Shown here piece after piece: positions 45,324-53,689 of a DNA stretch of 64,000 nucleotides. Source of the DNA: an uncultured Elusimicrobia bacterium (GTDB taxonomy: Bacteria > Elusimicrobiota > Elusimicrobia > Elusimicrobiales > UBA9959); contig CAIXBR010000122.1 of the NCBI GenBank assembly GCA_903917735.1, positions 1,608 to 65,607 of the forward strand. The letters run 5' to 3'. A program made the translations under genes and the position numbers. The notes beneath the pieces were generated by a model. It had not been told where the DNA came from. It ran no database searches and saw nothing but the letters and a program-made list of their open reading frames with translations. Each line of letters starts with the position of its first letter. The first letter of the stretch is position 1.

Positions 45324-47975
45324 ATGGTTAACGAGTCCGTCGGTGCCAAGCCCGCCGCTGCGCGATCCCTTGCCGCCGAGGAAGACGCGGGGGGGGGTGT
45401 GCCCCCGCCGTCTATTTTGCGGCCGGAATGGTCCGCCAAAACCAGGAAAGCGGGCAGTGGAATGACACTGGTGGAATTAATGATAGCGCTCGCAATTCTC
45501 ATCATAGGCATTGTGGGCCTGGTGAACTCTTTAGCGTACATACAAAAAGCCGTGCAGGCCTCCAAAAACAAAACGCTTGCTTCCCACCTGGCGCAGGAAA
45601 AGATGCAGATCCTGAAAAATATGCCATATTATCAGGTGATTGCCACCTCCAGCCCGGTGCATAACACCACTGACTTCGCCCCGGAGTCCCTGGATTATGA
45701 TGCCGGCTATTTTCCTCCGGATGAGATTACGGAAGGGGGGGTTTCATATACGCGCTATACCTATGTGCAGGCGGTCAAGGAGGACTCAGGCGTACTTACA
45801 ACGCTTGCGCCGAACATTCCTGATACCGGCATGAAACGCATCACCATAACCATGGTGTGGGGGCGCGGCAGCGGCGGAAAGCGCAAATTAACCGTGCGCG
45901 GCGTTATGGCTAATCCGGATACCGTATTGGCCAACGTGGTTTTCAACGGCATAGTCCAAACCACATCTTCCGTGGCTATCGGCGGGGCGATGGTCCAGCT
46001 GGTGGAGGGGGTCGGCTGGGGCGACACCACTAATTCTTCCGGGCAGTATAATTTTAACGCCACACCGGGGTCTTATACCCTTATGGCTTCCGCCACCGGC
46101 TATTACTCCGGACGGCTTCCCGTAGTTATACCGGCCGGCGCCACACGAACTAATAATTTAAGCCTGACTAAAATAGCCACGGGCTCGATTAAGGGCTATC
46201 CATGGCTTACCGACCACCTTGTTATCAGTCAGGTGGTCGGCAGCACTACTAACGCCTCCGTTACTCCCCACTATGACCAGGAGTATGTGGAGGTGTTTAA
46301 TCCGACCACATACACCTGGACAATGAATGGTAATATCGGCCTTAAATTCCAGGGCGCTTCCGATCCGTCGAAAAAGACTATACTGATAGATTATCTCCGT
46401 TCCGCGGTTCTCAGCGGCGGTTATTATCTTTTCGCTAACACCGGCAACATCGTTGCCGGCGGGGTGAGCGTAACGGCGGATGCCGTCTGGGCAAGCGGCA
46501 ATTTCGGCTTTCCGTATTTCGCGGCGCAAGGCAACATAATTCCGGTTGACGGAGACGGAGGTATAGGCACGGTCGAGAACAGCGGAGCCATTGAACTTTA
46601 CAAGGTCTCGGATGGAACTACTCTTGATAAGGTGGGTTGGAGAAAAAGCGGCTACTTCGCGCCTTTCTATGAGAACACGCCCATCCAGACCGCCGGGCTT
46701 ACCCCTAACGAACTTTACGCGCGTCGCACAAGTACAAGCGACAGCAGCGGCGTCAACGTGTCTTTCGGCCCTGCTTATGACTCGAACAACAATAACATTG
46801 ACTTTTATGATTATTCATCGGCAATCGGCCTGCCGCCGCACAACTCGCTTTCCGGCGGAAAAACTGTAATATCAGGCACACCGGCCGCCGGGGCCTTGGT
46901 AACAGCTTCAGACGGTCTGTCGTCTTCAACCGAGGCCTGGCTGAGCGGAACGCCGCCCTATGCGTATTTTTCCCTGGTGGATGTTGCCACTGGTTCCTGG
47001 ACGGTTCTTATTAGCAGCGGAGTATACAGCCTGGAGCAGGCCATGGTTCCCATACCCTCCGCCGGCTCGGTTTACACTTTCGTCAACACCACCACCTTCC
47101 TGACTACAGCAAGTACAGACGGACTTATTACGGGCCGCATTACCAACGCTCTTGGGGTTCCCCTTCCGGGTATAGTGGTCGCGCCCGGAGGAGTTACAAC
47201 CGATTCAGACGGCCGCTACCGGTTAAGAGCGGCCTCCGGCATGGCAAATGTGACCGCAAACCCCACCGTAGGCGGAACATCTCTTTATGTCACGCTTTCC
47301 TCAAACACCATACCGGTTGAAACGGGAAAAGTGCATGCCGGAGTGGATTTTGTGCTTTACCAGGGCGGCCGGGTAAGTGGTTTTGTCACCGGGGACGGCA
47401 CTAACGGCCTGTCCGGAATTGCGGTGGTTATACTTGACGCGAACAGCATCGCCCAAGACCAGCAGGTGAGCGACGCGAATGGCCGTTTCTCTTCAGTAGT
47501 CCTGTCCACCGGCTACTACATCGTGCAGCCGGTTATAGGCGCGATCGCAAAATCCAGCCCCGTTAGCTCCACAACTACGCTCCTTGCAACGGCTCCCAAC
47601 CAGTTCTCATCCACCTTCACTATTTCCGGCGCACTGGGTTATATAACCGGCTCTGTCACATACGGCGGTAACCCCATAAAGACCGGAGTGCTTATAGTAG
47701 TGACCACCGCCACGCTTAGCGGTACGCCGCCCGTGCCGCCGGATTTAAGCACCGCATCGCTTGCCGGAACGCCTTATTATGTCGTTTCCAGCGTAGAGAA
47801 CGGCACCTACAAGGTCGCGGTCCGGAACAGCGTCACCCCGCCATATAACGTTTACGCCTATTACCCGCTGTCGGTCAGCGCCGCCTCCGACGCCGTAATT
47901 TATTCAGCCAAGACGGCCGGCGTTTCCGTTACAGCGGGCAATACCCATTCGGGGGTCGATTTCTCATGGCCATAG
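45324..47975 (+). CDS. Giant (883 aa) prepilin-type N-terminal cleavage/methylation-domain protein with CarboxypepD_reg-like repeats and a lamin-tail-like domain
   Basis: GGAGGG lies 6 nt upstream of ATG 45324. Class III signal G|MTLVELMIALAILIIGIVGL at aa 46-66. Several CarboxypepD_reg-like segments (GSYTLMASATGYYSG; GRITNALGVPLPGIVVAP...DSDGRYRL; GRVSGFVTGDG...DANGRFS; NGTYKVAV). LTD-like segment (QEYVEVFNPTTYTWTMNG...GAIELYKVSDGTTLDKVGW). Confidence 0.75.
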   Translation: MVNESVGAKPAAARSLAAEEDAGGGVPPPSILRPEWSAKTRKAGSGMTLVELMIALAILIIGIVGLVNSLAYIQKAVQASKNKTLASHLAQEKMQILKNMPYYQVIATSSPVHNTTDFAPESLDYDAGYFPPDEITEGGVSYTRYTYVQAVKEDSGVLTTLAPNIPDTGMKRITITMVWGRGSGGKRKLTVRGVMANPDTVLANVVFNGIVQTTSSVAIGGAMVQLVEGVGWGDTTNSSGQYNFNATPGSYTLMASATGYYSGRLPVVIPAGATRTNNLSLTKIATGSIKGYPWLTDHLVISQVVGSTTNASVTPHYDQEYVEVFNPTTYTWTMNGNIGLKFQGASDPSKKTILIDYLRSAVLSGGYYLFANTGNIVAGGVSVTADAVWASGNFGFPYFAAQGNIIPVDGDGGIGTVENSGAIELYKVSDGTTLDKVGWRKSGYFAPFYENTPIQTAGLTPNELYARRTSTSDSSGVNVSFGPAYDSNNNNIDFYDYSSAIGLPPHNSLSGGKTVISGTPAAGALVTASDGLSSSTEAWLSGTPPYAYFSLVDVATGSWTVLISSGVYSLEQAMVPIPSAGSVYTFVNTTTFLTTASTDGLITGRITNALGVPLPGIVVAPGGVTTDSDGRYRLRAASGMANVTANPTVGGTSLYVTLSSNTIPVETGKVHAGVDFVLYQGGRVSGFVTGDGTNGLSGIAVVILDANSIAQDQQVSDANGRFSSVVLSTGYYIVQPVIGAIAKSSPVSSTTTLLATAPNQFSSTFTISGALGYITGSVTYGGNPIKTGVLIVVTTATLSGTPPVPPDLSTASLAGTPYYVVSSVENGTYKVAVRNSVTPPYNVYAYYPLSVSAASDAVIYSAKTAGVSVTAGNTHSGVDFSWP

Positions 47976-48487
47976 TAGCGCCCCGGAAAGGCTTTACGCT
48001 GGTTGAAATAATGGTGACGATATGCATAATATCGATCCTGTTCGCCATTGTGGCGCCAATTTTTTTACAGGTCAACCGACAGTTCATACAGGTGCGCACC
48101 AGGCTGGAACTGCAGCAGGAGGCGCGCGGAATACTGTATACACTGACGCGCTCTCTGCGCCAGGCGCATATCGGCAGTATCACAATAAGCCGCGCCAATA
48201 CCAGCCAGCCGTTTTATTCAAAGATCACGTTCACCACTGAGCAGAGCGCCTCCGCATATGTTTCAAATACGATGGTGTTCCAGCAGGAGAGAACGGTTTT
48301 GTACCAGCTTGTGGGGGGCACAGGCAAACGCGTGCTCAGCCGTAATCTGAATTACCTGGCCTTCACTTTTCCGCGCTCCGACGATATGAGCCTGGTTTCA
48401 GTTACAGTTACGCTTCGAAAAAGTATTTATGAGGCCAATAAATATGCCCTTATCACGGCTTCGGAACAGGTGCGGATAATGAACTAA
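47966..48487 (+). CDS. Type IV pilin / pseudopilin (173 aa)
   Basis: Canonical prepilin signal MAIVAPRKG|FTLVEIMVTICIISILFAIVAPIF (G-1, F+1, E+5). Overlaps the preceding gene by 10 nt. Confidence 0.8.
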   Translation: MAIVAPRKGFTLVEIMVTICIISILFAIVAPIFLQVNRQFIQVRTRLELQQEARGILYTLTRSLRQAHIGSITISRANTSQPFYSKITFTTEQSASAYVSNTMVFQQERTVLYQLVGGTGKRVLSRNLNYLAFTFPRSDDMSLVSVTVTLRKSIYEANKYALITASEQVRIMN

Positions 48488-48497
48488 GGTTAATGAT

Positions 48498-49907
48498 ATG
48501 AAACAAAAAGAAGGGTCTCTGCTTATTGGTATGTTGCTGGTGTTCATGCTGCTTATAATTGTAGTGCCGGTGATGGTGAAGTGGGTGGAGAACGACACTA
48601 AATCCTCGGTAAAAGACCAGAAATCAACCCTGGCGTTCAATCTGGCGGATGCGGCCGTGGACCGCGGCTACTGGAAGGTTAAGAGTTCAACCATCACCTT
48701 GGCGCAGGTGTCGTTGGGGACTTCCCTGGCCGGTTACAATTTTGATGCCGCCTATAGCGACATACCAGGCGGCAGTTACCGCATTATGGTCACTTCCGGG
48801 CCTGGCACGGACCAGATCACAATTTACGGCGAAGGCCGCGACTCGGGCAATAAGGAAACCCGCTCCATTAAAGCGGTTTATACCAATGCCAGTGTGCCTG
48901 GAACCGTGCTAGCCGGCGGGACGATGAGCATGAGTGGAACCAGTGTGGCGCACTGGGGCCCCCTTATGTCAAAGGGCGATATCGTATTGTCCGGCTCCGC
49001 CCTAACCAATCATTACCCGCGCAAGCTCGCAATGCAGACGGTGAAGCCTTTTGACCCCACCGGCGACACGAATCCCCCCAATACCGACAGCCTTGAATGG
49101 TGGTCCAACTACTATGTGCAGGATCTGCCCATATTTGACTTTGATACAATGCGCGCCTCAGCCGCCGCCTCCGGCACGCTCAACTGCGGATCCGCTACAG
49201 GTTCCTGGAACAGCTCAACACGGGTGTGGTCCGGCCTTAAGCCGGAATCCTCCAATAATTTTACACTGCCCTGCAATGGCACGGCTTCGGAATGTACGGG
49301 TTCGGTCTGTAAGGTCGGGGATATTTACGCCGACAGGCGTTATGACCAAAATAAGGTCTGGTATTGGGACAAAGGTAAAACCGTTACCCTGTATAATACC
49401 GGCGTGCGTGGCACTGTCGTAGTCAGGGGCGACCTTTTGCTTGACGGGGATGACTGCTATGGCCCCAACTACGACATAAATGATTCCTCCCACTATTGCG
49501 GGAAGGCTCACGCCTGGAATCCTACGGGCCCGGGGAACGTTAAGGTCCAGGTGCCGCCCAATGCCTGGAGGGAATATCAAAAAATCGACACTGTCGCCAC
49601 AAATCAGTACCCCGGTGATCTGGGGTTAAGCAGCAGCACGCTGACTTACATAATCGGCACCAGCGCTACCGAGAGTTCGCTTACGGAGGGCGATATAGGC
49701 ATTAATGGGCTACTCTATGTCGGCGGGAACCTTACCCAGACCCTCGCCTGTGATGTATACGGTTCCGTATGGGTAGAGGGCACCACTACTCAGAGCGGCA
49801 ACACCGTTATTTTTTTTAATTCAAAACTGAAGGAACCCACGCTGAATGTGGTGCTTGTAAGAGAGTCCTGGAAGGAGCAACTGCCCAGCGCCCAGGCTTG
49901 GCCGTAA
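48498..49907 (+). CDS. PilX-N-like pilus-associated protein (membrane-anchored, 469 aa)
   Basis: N-terminal hydrophobic anchor GSLLIGMLLVFMLLIIVVPVMV, followed by an AFNLADAAVDRGYWKV segment as in PilX N-terminal domains. The remainder is unknown. Confidence 0.5.
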   Translation: MKQKEGSLLIGMLLVFMLLIIVVPVMVKWVENDTKSSVKDQKSTLAFNLADAAVDRGYWKVKSSTITLAQVSLGTSLAGYNFDAAYSDIPGGSYRIMVTSGPGTDQITIYGEGRDSGNKETRSIKAVYTNASVPGTVLAGGTMSMSGTSVAHWGPLMSKGDIVLSGSALTNHYPRKLAMQTVKPFDPTGDTNPPNTDSLEWWSNYYVQDLPIFDFDTMRASAAASGTLNCGSATGSWNSSTRVWSGLKPESSNNFTLPCNGTASECTGSVCKVGDIYADRRYDQNKVWYWDKGKTVTLYNTGVRGTVVVRGDLLLDGDDCYGPNYDINDSSHYCGKAHAWNPTGPGNVKVQVPPNAWREYQKIDTVATNQYPGDLGLSSSTLTYIIGTSATESSLTEGDIGINGLLYVGGNLTQTLACDVYGSVWVEGTTTQSGNTVIFFNSKLKEPTLNVVLVRESWKEQLPSAQAWP

Positions 49908-49978
49908 ATAATGCCGGATACAACTTCAACACAAATATTTGTAAAATAATCCCGATAGCTGTTTTTTGTCCCAACTGA

Positions 49979-51646
49979 ATGGAGGGAGGCATCGTTTCCG
50001 TAGCCCCGGGCGAATTTGACGCAGCATATCTCAAAATTATGAAATTTATCCCATTTTTCGAAAAAACCATGCTTGGTATTGACATGGGTTCCTATGCGAT
50101 AAAAGTTGTTGAGGCCCGGTTTTTATTTGGAAAACCGGTAGTGCTGCGCGCCGTTTGCGAGGAGATAAATTCCGACAGAATAAATGACCCGGAAGAGAAG
50201 AGAGAAGCATATGTAGCCACGCTGAAAAAAATTATTCAACAAAACAAATTTACAACAAAAAACACCGTTATAGCGATTCCGGCAAACCATGCCGGAGTGA
50301 GAATAATAGAATTACCAAAAACCGGGGGCGGGGACGCGGGAAACGCCCATACCCCCGCCGATTCGAGCGGCATGCCTTTTGAAATACAGGAGGCGGAGAC
50401 GTATACCCAGCCTTTGGAGGGAACAGATAAAGACGGAAACCCCGACAAAAAAATACTACTGGTGGCCGGAAACAGGAACACGATAATAGACAACTATAAA
50501 ATAGCCACGGAGGCCGGTCTTAATCCCGTAATCGCCGACATCGATATTTTTGCCGTGCTGAATATCTATATGCTGGGTGATAAGCCCACCAAAAAAGAGT
50601 TCATCATCATCCTTGACATAGGAGCCGGCACAACCAATATCGCGATTGTGGAGAACGGCATAATAAAGGCGGTAAGAACCGTGTTCTTAGCGGGGAATAA
50701 TTTCACCAGAACGCTCCAGCAAGAGTTCAATATATCCCAGAAAGACGCGGAAGAGCTCAAGAAAAAACACGGGTTGGCAATAAAGCGGACCACGGATAAT
50801 AAAGACGCAACAGATGATGCGCACGTGGACAAGATACACGACTTGCTTTCCGGCCAGGTGGACCAGATCAGCACTGAAGTAACAAGGACTATCTCCTATT
50901 TTACCGAGAAAATGATGGTTTCCGACATTCATATTTCCAAGGTAGAGCTTACTGGTGGTTCGGCGGATATGCCCGGACTTGCGGACTATCTAAACGGGAA
51001 GCTGGAGATCCCTGTCGAAATTTTCCGGCCGCTTGAAAAGCTCGATTCAGGCCATCTTAAAAATAAATCCTGCGTGAGCCTCCCGTGTTTTGCCGCGGCA
51101 GCGGGATTATCATTAAGAAGGCCGCAGGATCGCGGAAGGATGCTCACACGGATAAACCTTTTGCCTAAAACGTTGATTAAAAACTCTTATTCCGCCGCAG
51201 CGACCGCCGTTTGTTTTATTGGCCTCGCGCTTCTGTTCGCGGGCTATTACTGGTATACAAATCTCTCGAAAAAAATACAAGCCGGAACAATAAAAAGTAA
51301 AGCGGAATTGTCCGCGGTCCGAATACGGCTGGATCGAACTAAAGAAGACCTAAATAAAAAGAAGGCCGCAGCAGAATCAAAAAAAACAATAACCGTTCGC
51401 GCAAAGCCGCCTGCCCCTAAAGTAAAATACGCTTATATCAAAAAACTGGCAATTTCCGGGGTTTTTGCGGACTCGTCCGGTTCCTTCGCAATGCTTACCG
51501 GCCCCAACAAAGCGTTTGTCGTGAAAAACGGTAAGATGTACGATGAAAACGGGGAAGTTATCCCCGGTGTTTCCGCGTTAATAACGCAAAACAATATTAT
51601 ATTGTCCGCAGGAGATGAAGAATATGAACTTCCGATCCCTCAATAA
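49979..51646 (+). CDS. PilM-like actin-fold ATPase fused to a PilN-like TM/coiled-coil segment
   Basis: PilM start pattern MLGIDMGSYAIKVVEA, ILDIGAGTTNIAIV and LTGGSADMPGL. Then a TM helix (AATAVCFIGLALLFAGYYWY) and a Lys-rich coiled region. The start codon is uncertain (49979, 50039 or the ATG of MLGID). Confidence 0.7.
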   Translation: MEGGIVSVAPGEFDAAYLKIMKFIPFFEKTMLGIDMGSYAIKVVEARFLFGKPVVLRAVCEEINSDRINDPEEKREAYVATLKKIIQQNKFTTKNTVIAIPANHAGVRIIELPKTGGGDAGNAHTPADSSGMPFEIQEAETYTQPLEGTDKDGNPDKKILLVAGNRNTIIDNYKIATEAGLNPVIADIDIFAVLNIYMLGDKPTKKEFIIILDIGAGTTNIAIVENGIIKAVRTVFLAGNNFTRTLQQEFNISQKDAEELKKKHGLAIKRTTDNKDATDDAHVDKIHDLLSGQVDQISTEVTRTISYFTEKMMVSDIHISKVELTGGSADMPGLADYLNGKLEIPVEIFRPLEKLDSGHLKNKSCVSLPCFAAAAGLSLRRPQDRGRMLTRINLLPKTLIKNSYSAAATAVCFIGLALLFAGYYWYTNLSKKIQAGTIKSKAELSAVRIRLDRTKEDLNKKKAAAESKKTITVRAKPPAPKVKYAYIKKLAISGVFADSSGSFAMLTGPNKAFVVKNGKMYDENGEVIPGVSALITQNNIILSAGDEEYELPIPQ

Positions 51647-53306
51647 GTCAGAGTTGAAAATACCGATGCTTTTAATATTCGGCTTGAGCCTGCTGCTGCC
51701 TGCGGGCGCGGCACTGGCGGATGAAAAAACGGAACCACCCGCGCCCCCGGCCTTGTCGGACGTAAAAATAGCACCGCCCGCGAATGTGACTGTGCCGGAT
51801 GCGAAAACGGAACTGTCCACGGCTCCGGCCGAGGTAAAAATTGTGACGCCCGCGGCCCAGCCTTTGCCTGAAGTAAAAACTGTGACGCCCGTTACCCCGG
51901 TACAGCCGGAAGCAAAAGCGGTAACGCAGGCGGCCGCGGTACAGCCGGAAACAAAAGCGGTAATAACGCCGGCGGCCCCGGTACAGCTGGAAGCAAAAGT
52001 AGTAACGCTCGTTACCCCGGTACAGCCGGAAGCAAAAGCGGTAACGCCGGCGGCCGTTAAACCGGAGGGACGCCCCGCCGTAGCGCCTGAAAAAAATTTC
52101 CAGGCCGGTGCCCTGATGGAGCCCCTGAGCGTTGATCCCACCGACTTCAATTTCAACAACACCGACATACTGTTTATTTTGAAGACATTTGCTCTCAGAT
52201 TCAATAAAAATATCATTCCTTCCGCCGCCGTCGCGGGGAAAGTAACGCTGTTCCTGAAACAGGTCCCTTTTGACGAGGCTTTTCAGATACTGCTGGATAA
52301 AATGGACCTGGTGGCTATACAGCGAAGCCGGAATATCATTGAGGTAATGGGAAAAAAGGAAATGCCGCTTTCCAGGGAAACCTTCTCGCTCAAAGAAAGG
52401 CTTGCCGGCGATATAAAGACCACTCTTGACTCGCTGCTGACACCGCAGGAACAGGAGCGTCTTACAATTGCCGTTGACGGCGCTTCCAATTCTCTGATAG
52501 TCACCGCGACCGCGGCGCAACTCGGTAAAGTAAGAAGCCTGGTCAATCAGATGGACATTAAAACCCCGCAGATAAGGATAAAGACCCGGATAGTTGAACT
52601 TAAGACTGGAGACGACTTAACACTGGGTATCTCCTGGGCCGGGGCTATAAAGCACGGCGGTGTTACCGCCAGGGCCGCCAAAGATATAGGCGGCCTCCAG
52701 ACTGTTACCCCCACCGGAATTACGCCCACAGACACCCTTATCAATACCACTTACAAGAGCGGGGCATTTTTTGACCTGTCACAGATTATGGACAAGGCCG
52801 CGCTGTATGGTGTGCTGAACATGCTAGCCGCAACCACCGACGGCAAGACCCTGTCCGAGCCTTCAATCATGACCGGAAACAATAAAACCGCAAAAATACA
52901 CGTGGGACAAAATCTCCCGGTAAAAACGGTCCAGGTAACCCAGAATACCTCGATCGAAAGCATCAGTTATGTTCAGGAGGGAATAGACCTTGAAGTGACT
53001 CCTGTCGTTTCGCCCGGCAGCAAACAGATCTCGCTTAAAATCCGAATAAATGTTTCTGATTTTGTCGCATACCAGGATGGCAGCCCGATAACCGCGGAGA
53101 GATCCGCCTTTACCGAAATAACCATGGAAAGTGAAAAGACGGTGGCCATCGGAGGGCTTGTAAGGGAAACCACACTAAAAACAGTAAGCGGTATTCCTAT
53201 TTTGAAGTCGATCCCGCTTCTGGGTGCCCTTTTCCGGAGTAAAACAAATAACACGACCAAAACCGATATGCTGATACTTCTCACTCCTGAAATTGTGAGG
53301 GACTGA
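51615..53306 (+). CDS. Secretin (PilQ/GspD family) with repetitive N-terminal linker
   Basis: Signal peptide, then a Pro/Ala/Val/Thr repeat linker. Secretin N-domains and the C-terminal secretin block (TVAIGGLVRETTLKTVSGIPILKSIPLLGALFRSKTNNTTKTDMLILLTPEIV). Confidence 0.85.
   Translation: MKNMNFRSLNKSELKIPMLLIFGLSLLLPAGAALADEKTEPPAPPALSDVKIAPPANVTVPDAKTELSTAPAEVKIVTPAAQPLPEVKTVTPVTPVQPEAKAVTQAAAVQPETKAVITPAAPVQLEAKVVTLVTPVQPEAKAVTPAAVKPEGRPAVAPEKNFQAGALMEPLSVDPTDFNFNNTDILFILKTFALRFNKNIIPSAAVAGKVTLFLKQVPFDEAFQILLDKMDLVAIQRSRNIIEVMGKKEMPLSRETFSLKERLAGDIKTTLDSLLTPQEQERLTIAVDGASNSLIVTATAAQLGKVRSLVNQMDIKTPQIRIKTRIVELKTGDDLTLGISWAGAIKHGGVTARAAKDIGGLQTVTPTGITPTDTLINTTYKSGAFFDLSQIMDKAALYGVLNMLAATTDGKTLSEPSIMTGNNKTAKIHVGQNLPVKTVQVTQNTSIESISYVQEGIDLEVTPVVSPGSKQISLKIRINVSDFVAYQDGSPITAERSAFTEITMESEKTVAIGGLVRETTLKTVSGIPILKSIPLLGALFRSKTNNTTKTDMLILLTPEIVRD
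51891..52047 (+). repeat. In-frame imperfect tandem repeats inside the secretin gene
   Basis: GTTACCCCGGTACAGCCGGAAGCAAAAGCGGTAACGC occurs identically at 51891-51927 and 52011-52047. Two diverged GGTACAGC(C/T)GGAA(A/G)CAAAAG units lie in between, at about 39-42 bp spacing. Confidence 0.85.
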
Positions 53307-53342
53307 CACCGTCAGAGACAACTGGCGCTCTGCGGATAAAAG

Positions 53343-53370
53343 ATGGCGGCTTTATGCCGCCATTGAAGTT
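53343..53370 (+). terminator. Possible terminator after the secretin gene
   Basis: Stem ATGGCGGC / GCCGCCAT with loop TTTAT, followed by TGAAGTTT. Confidence 0.5.
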
Positions 53371-53436
53371 TAAGAACCCACAAGGCGCAGCCGGTCCAAT
53401 CCCTCAAACGCTCACACAGTAAGCCGCATAGACCCG

Positions 53437-53648
53437 CCCCGGCTGACGACAGACCCGACCAGCAACCACCCGACACACCCGGCCACCGCCGGGCGCGGGG
53501 GGACTCGGCAAAATTTAAAAGAAAACTCCACTTTTTGTTATTATAGCGGTAAGGGAAGTTTCGGCAAATTTCAGGTGAAGGGAAAGGGACGGTTCTCCGA
53601 AAAAAAAGAGGATAACAGGCGGTAATCGCGTTTACGTTTACTACAGAT
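53437..53648 (+). repeat. Intergenic repeat family, modules 1+2 separated by a ~70-nt spacer (copy B, longest copy)
   Basis: Module 1 at 53437-53498 matches 39184-39244. Module 2 at 53569-53648 matches 34759-34835. Confidence 0.75.
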
Positions 53649-53689
53649 TAAACACGCAACAAGAAAATAAAAGCTGGGATCAAGAATAC

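Noticed and set aside
51790-52080. Possible CRISPR-like or non-coding repeat array. A similar repeat tract occurs at 26640..26830.
   Set aside because: The repeats are in frame within strongly supported genes (the secretin and the OMP linker). They have ~40-bp periods without unique spacers, and there are no cas genes in the window.
51578-52520. Long - strand ORFs (51578..52216, 51672..52520) opposite the secretin linker.
   Set aside because: They are artefacts of the repetitive Pro/Ala/Val-coding tract. They are highly repetitive Arg/Gly/Tyr or Thr/Ala/Gly strings antisense to a clear secretin gene.
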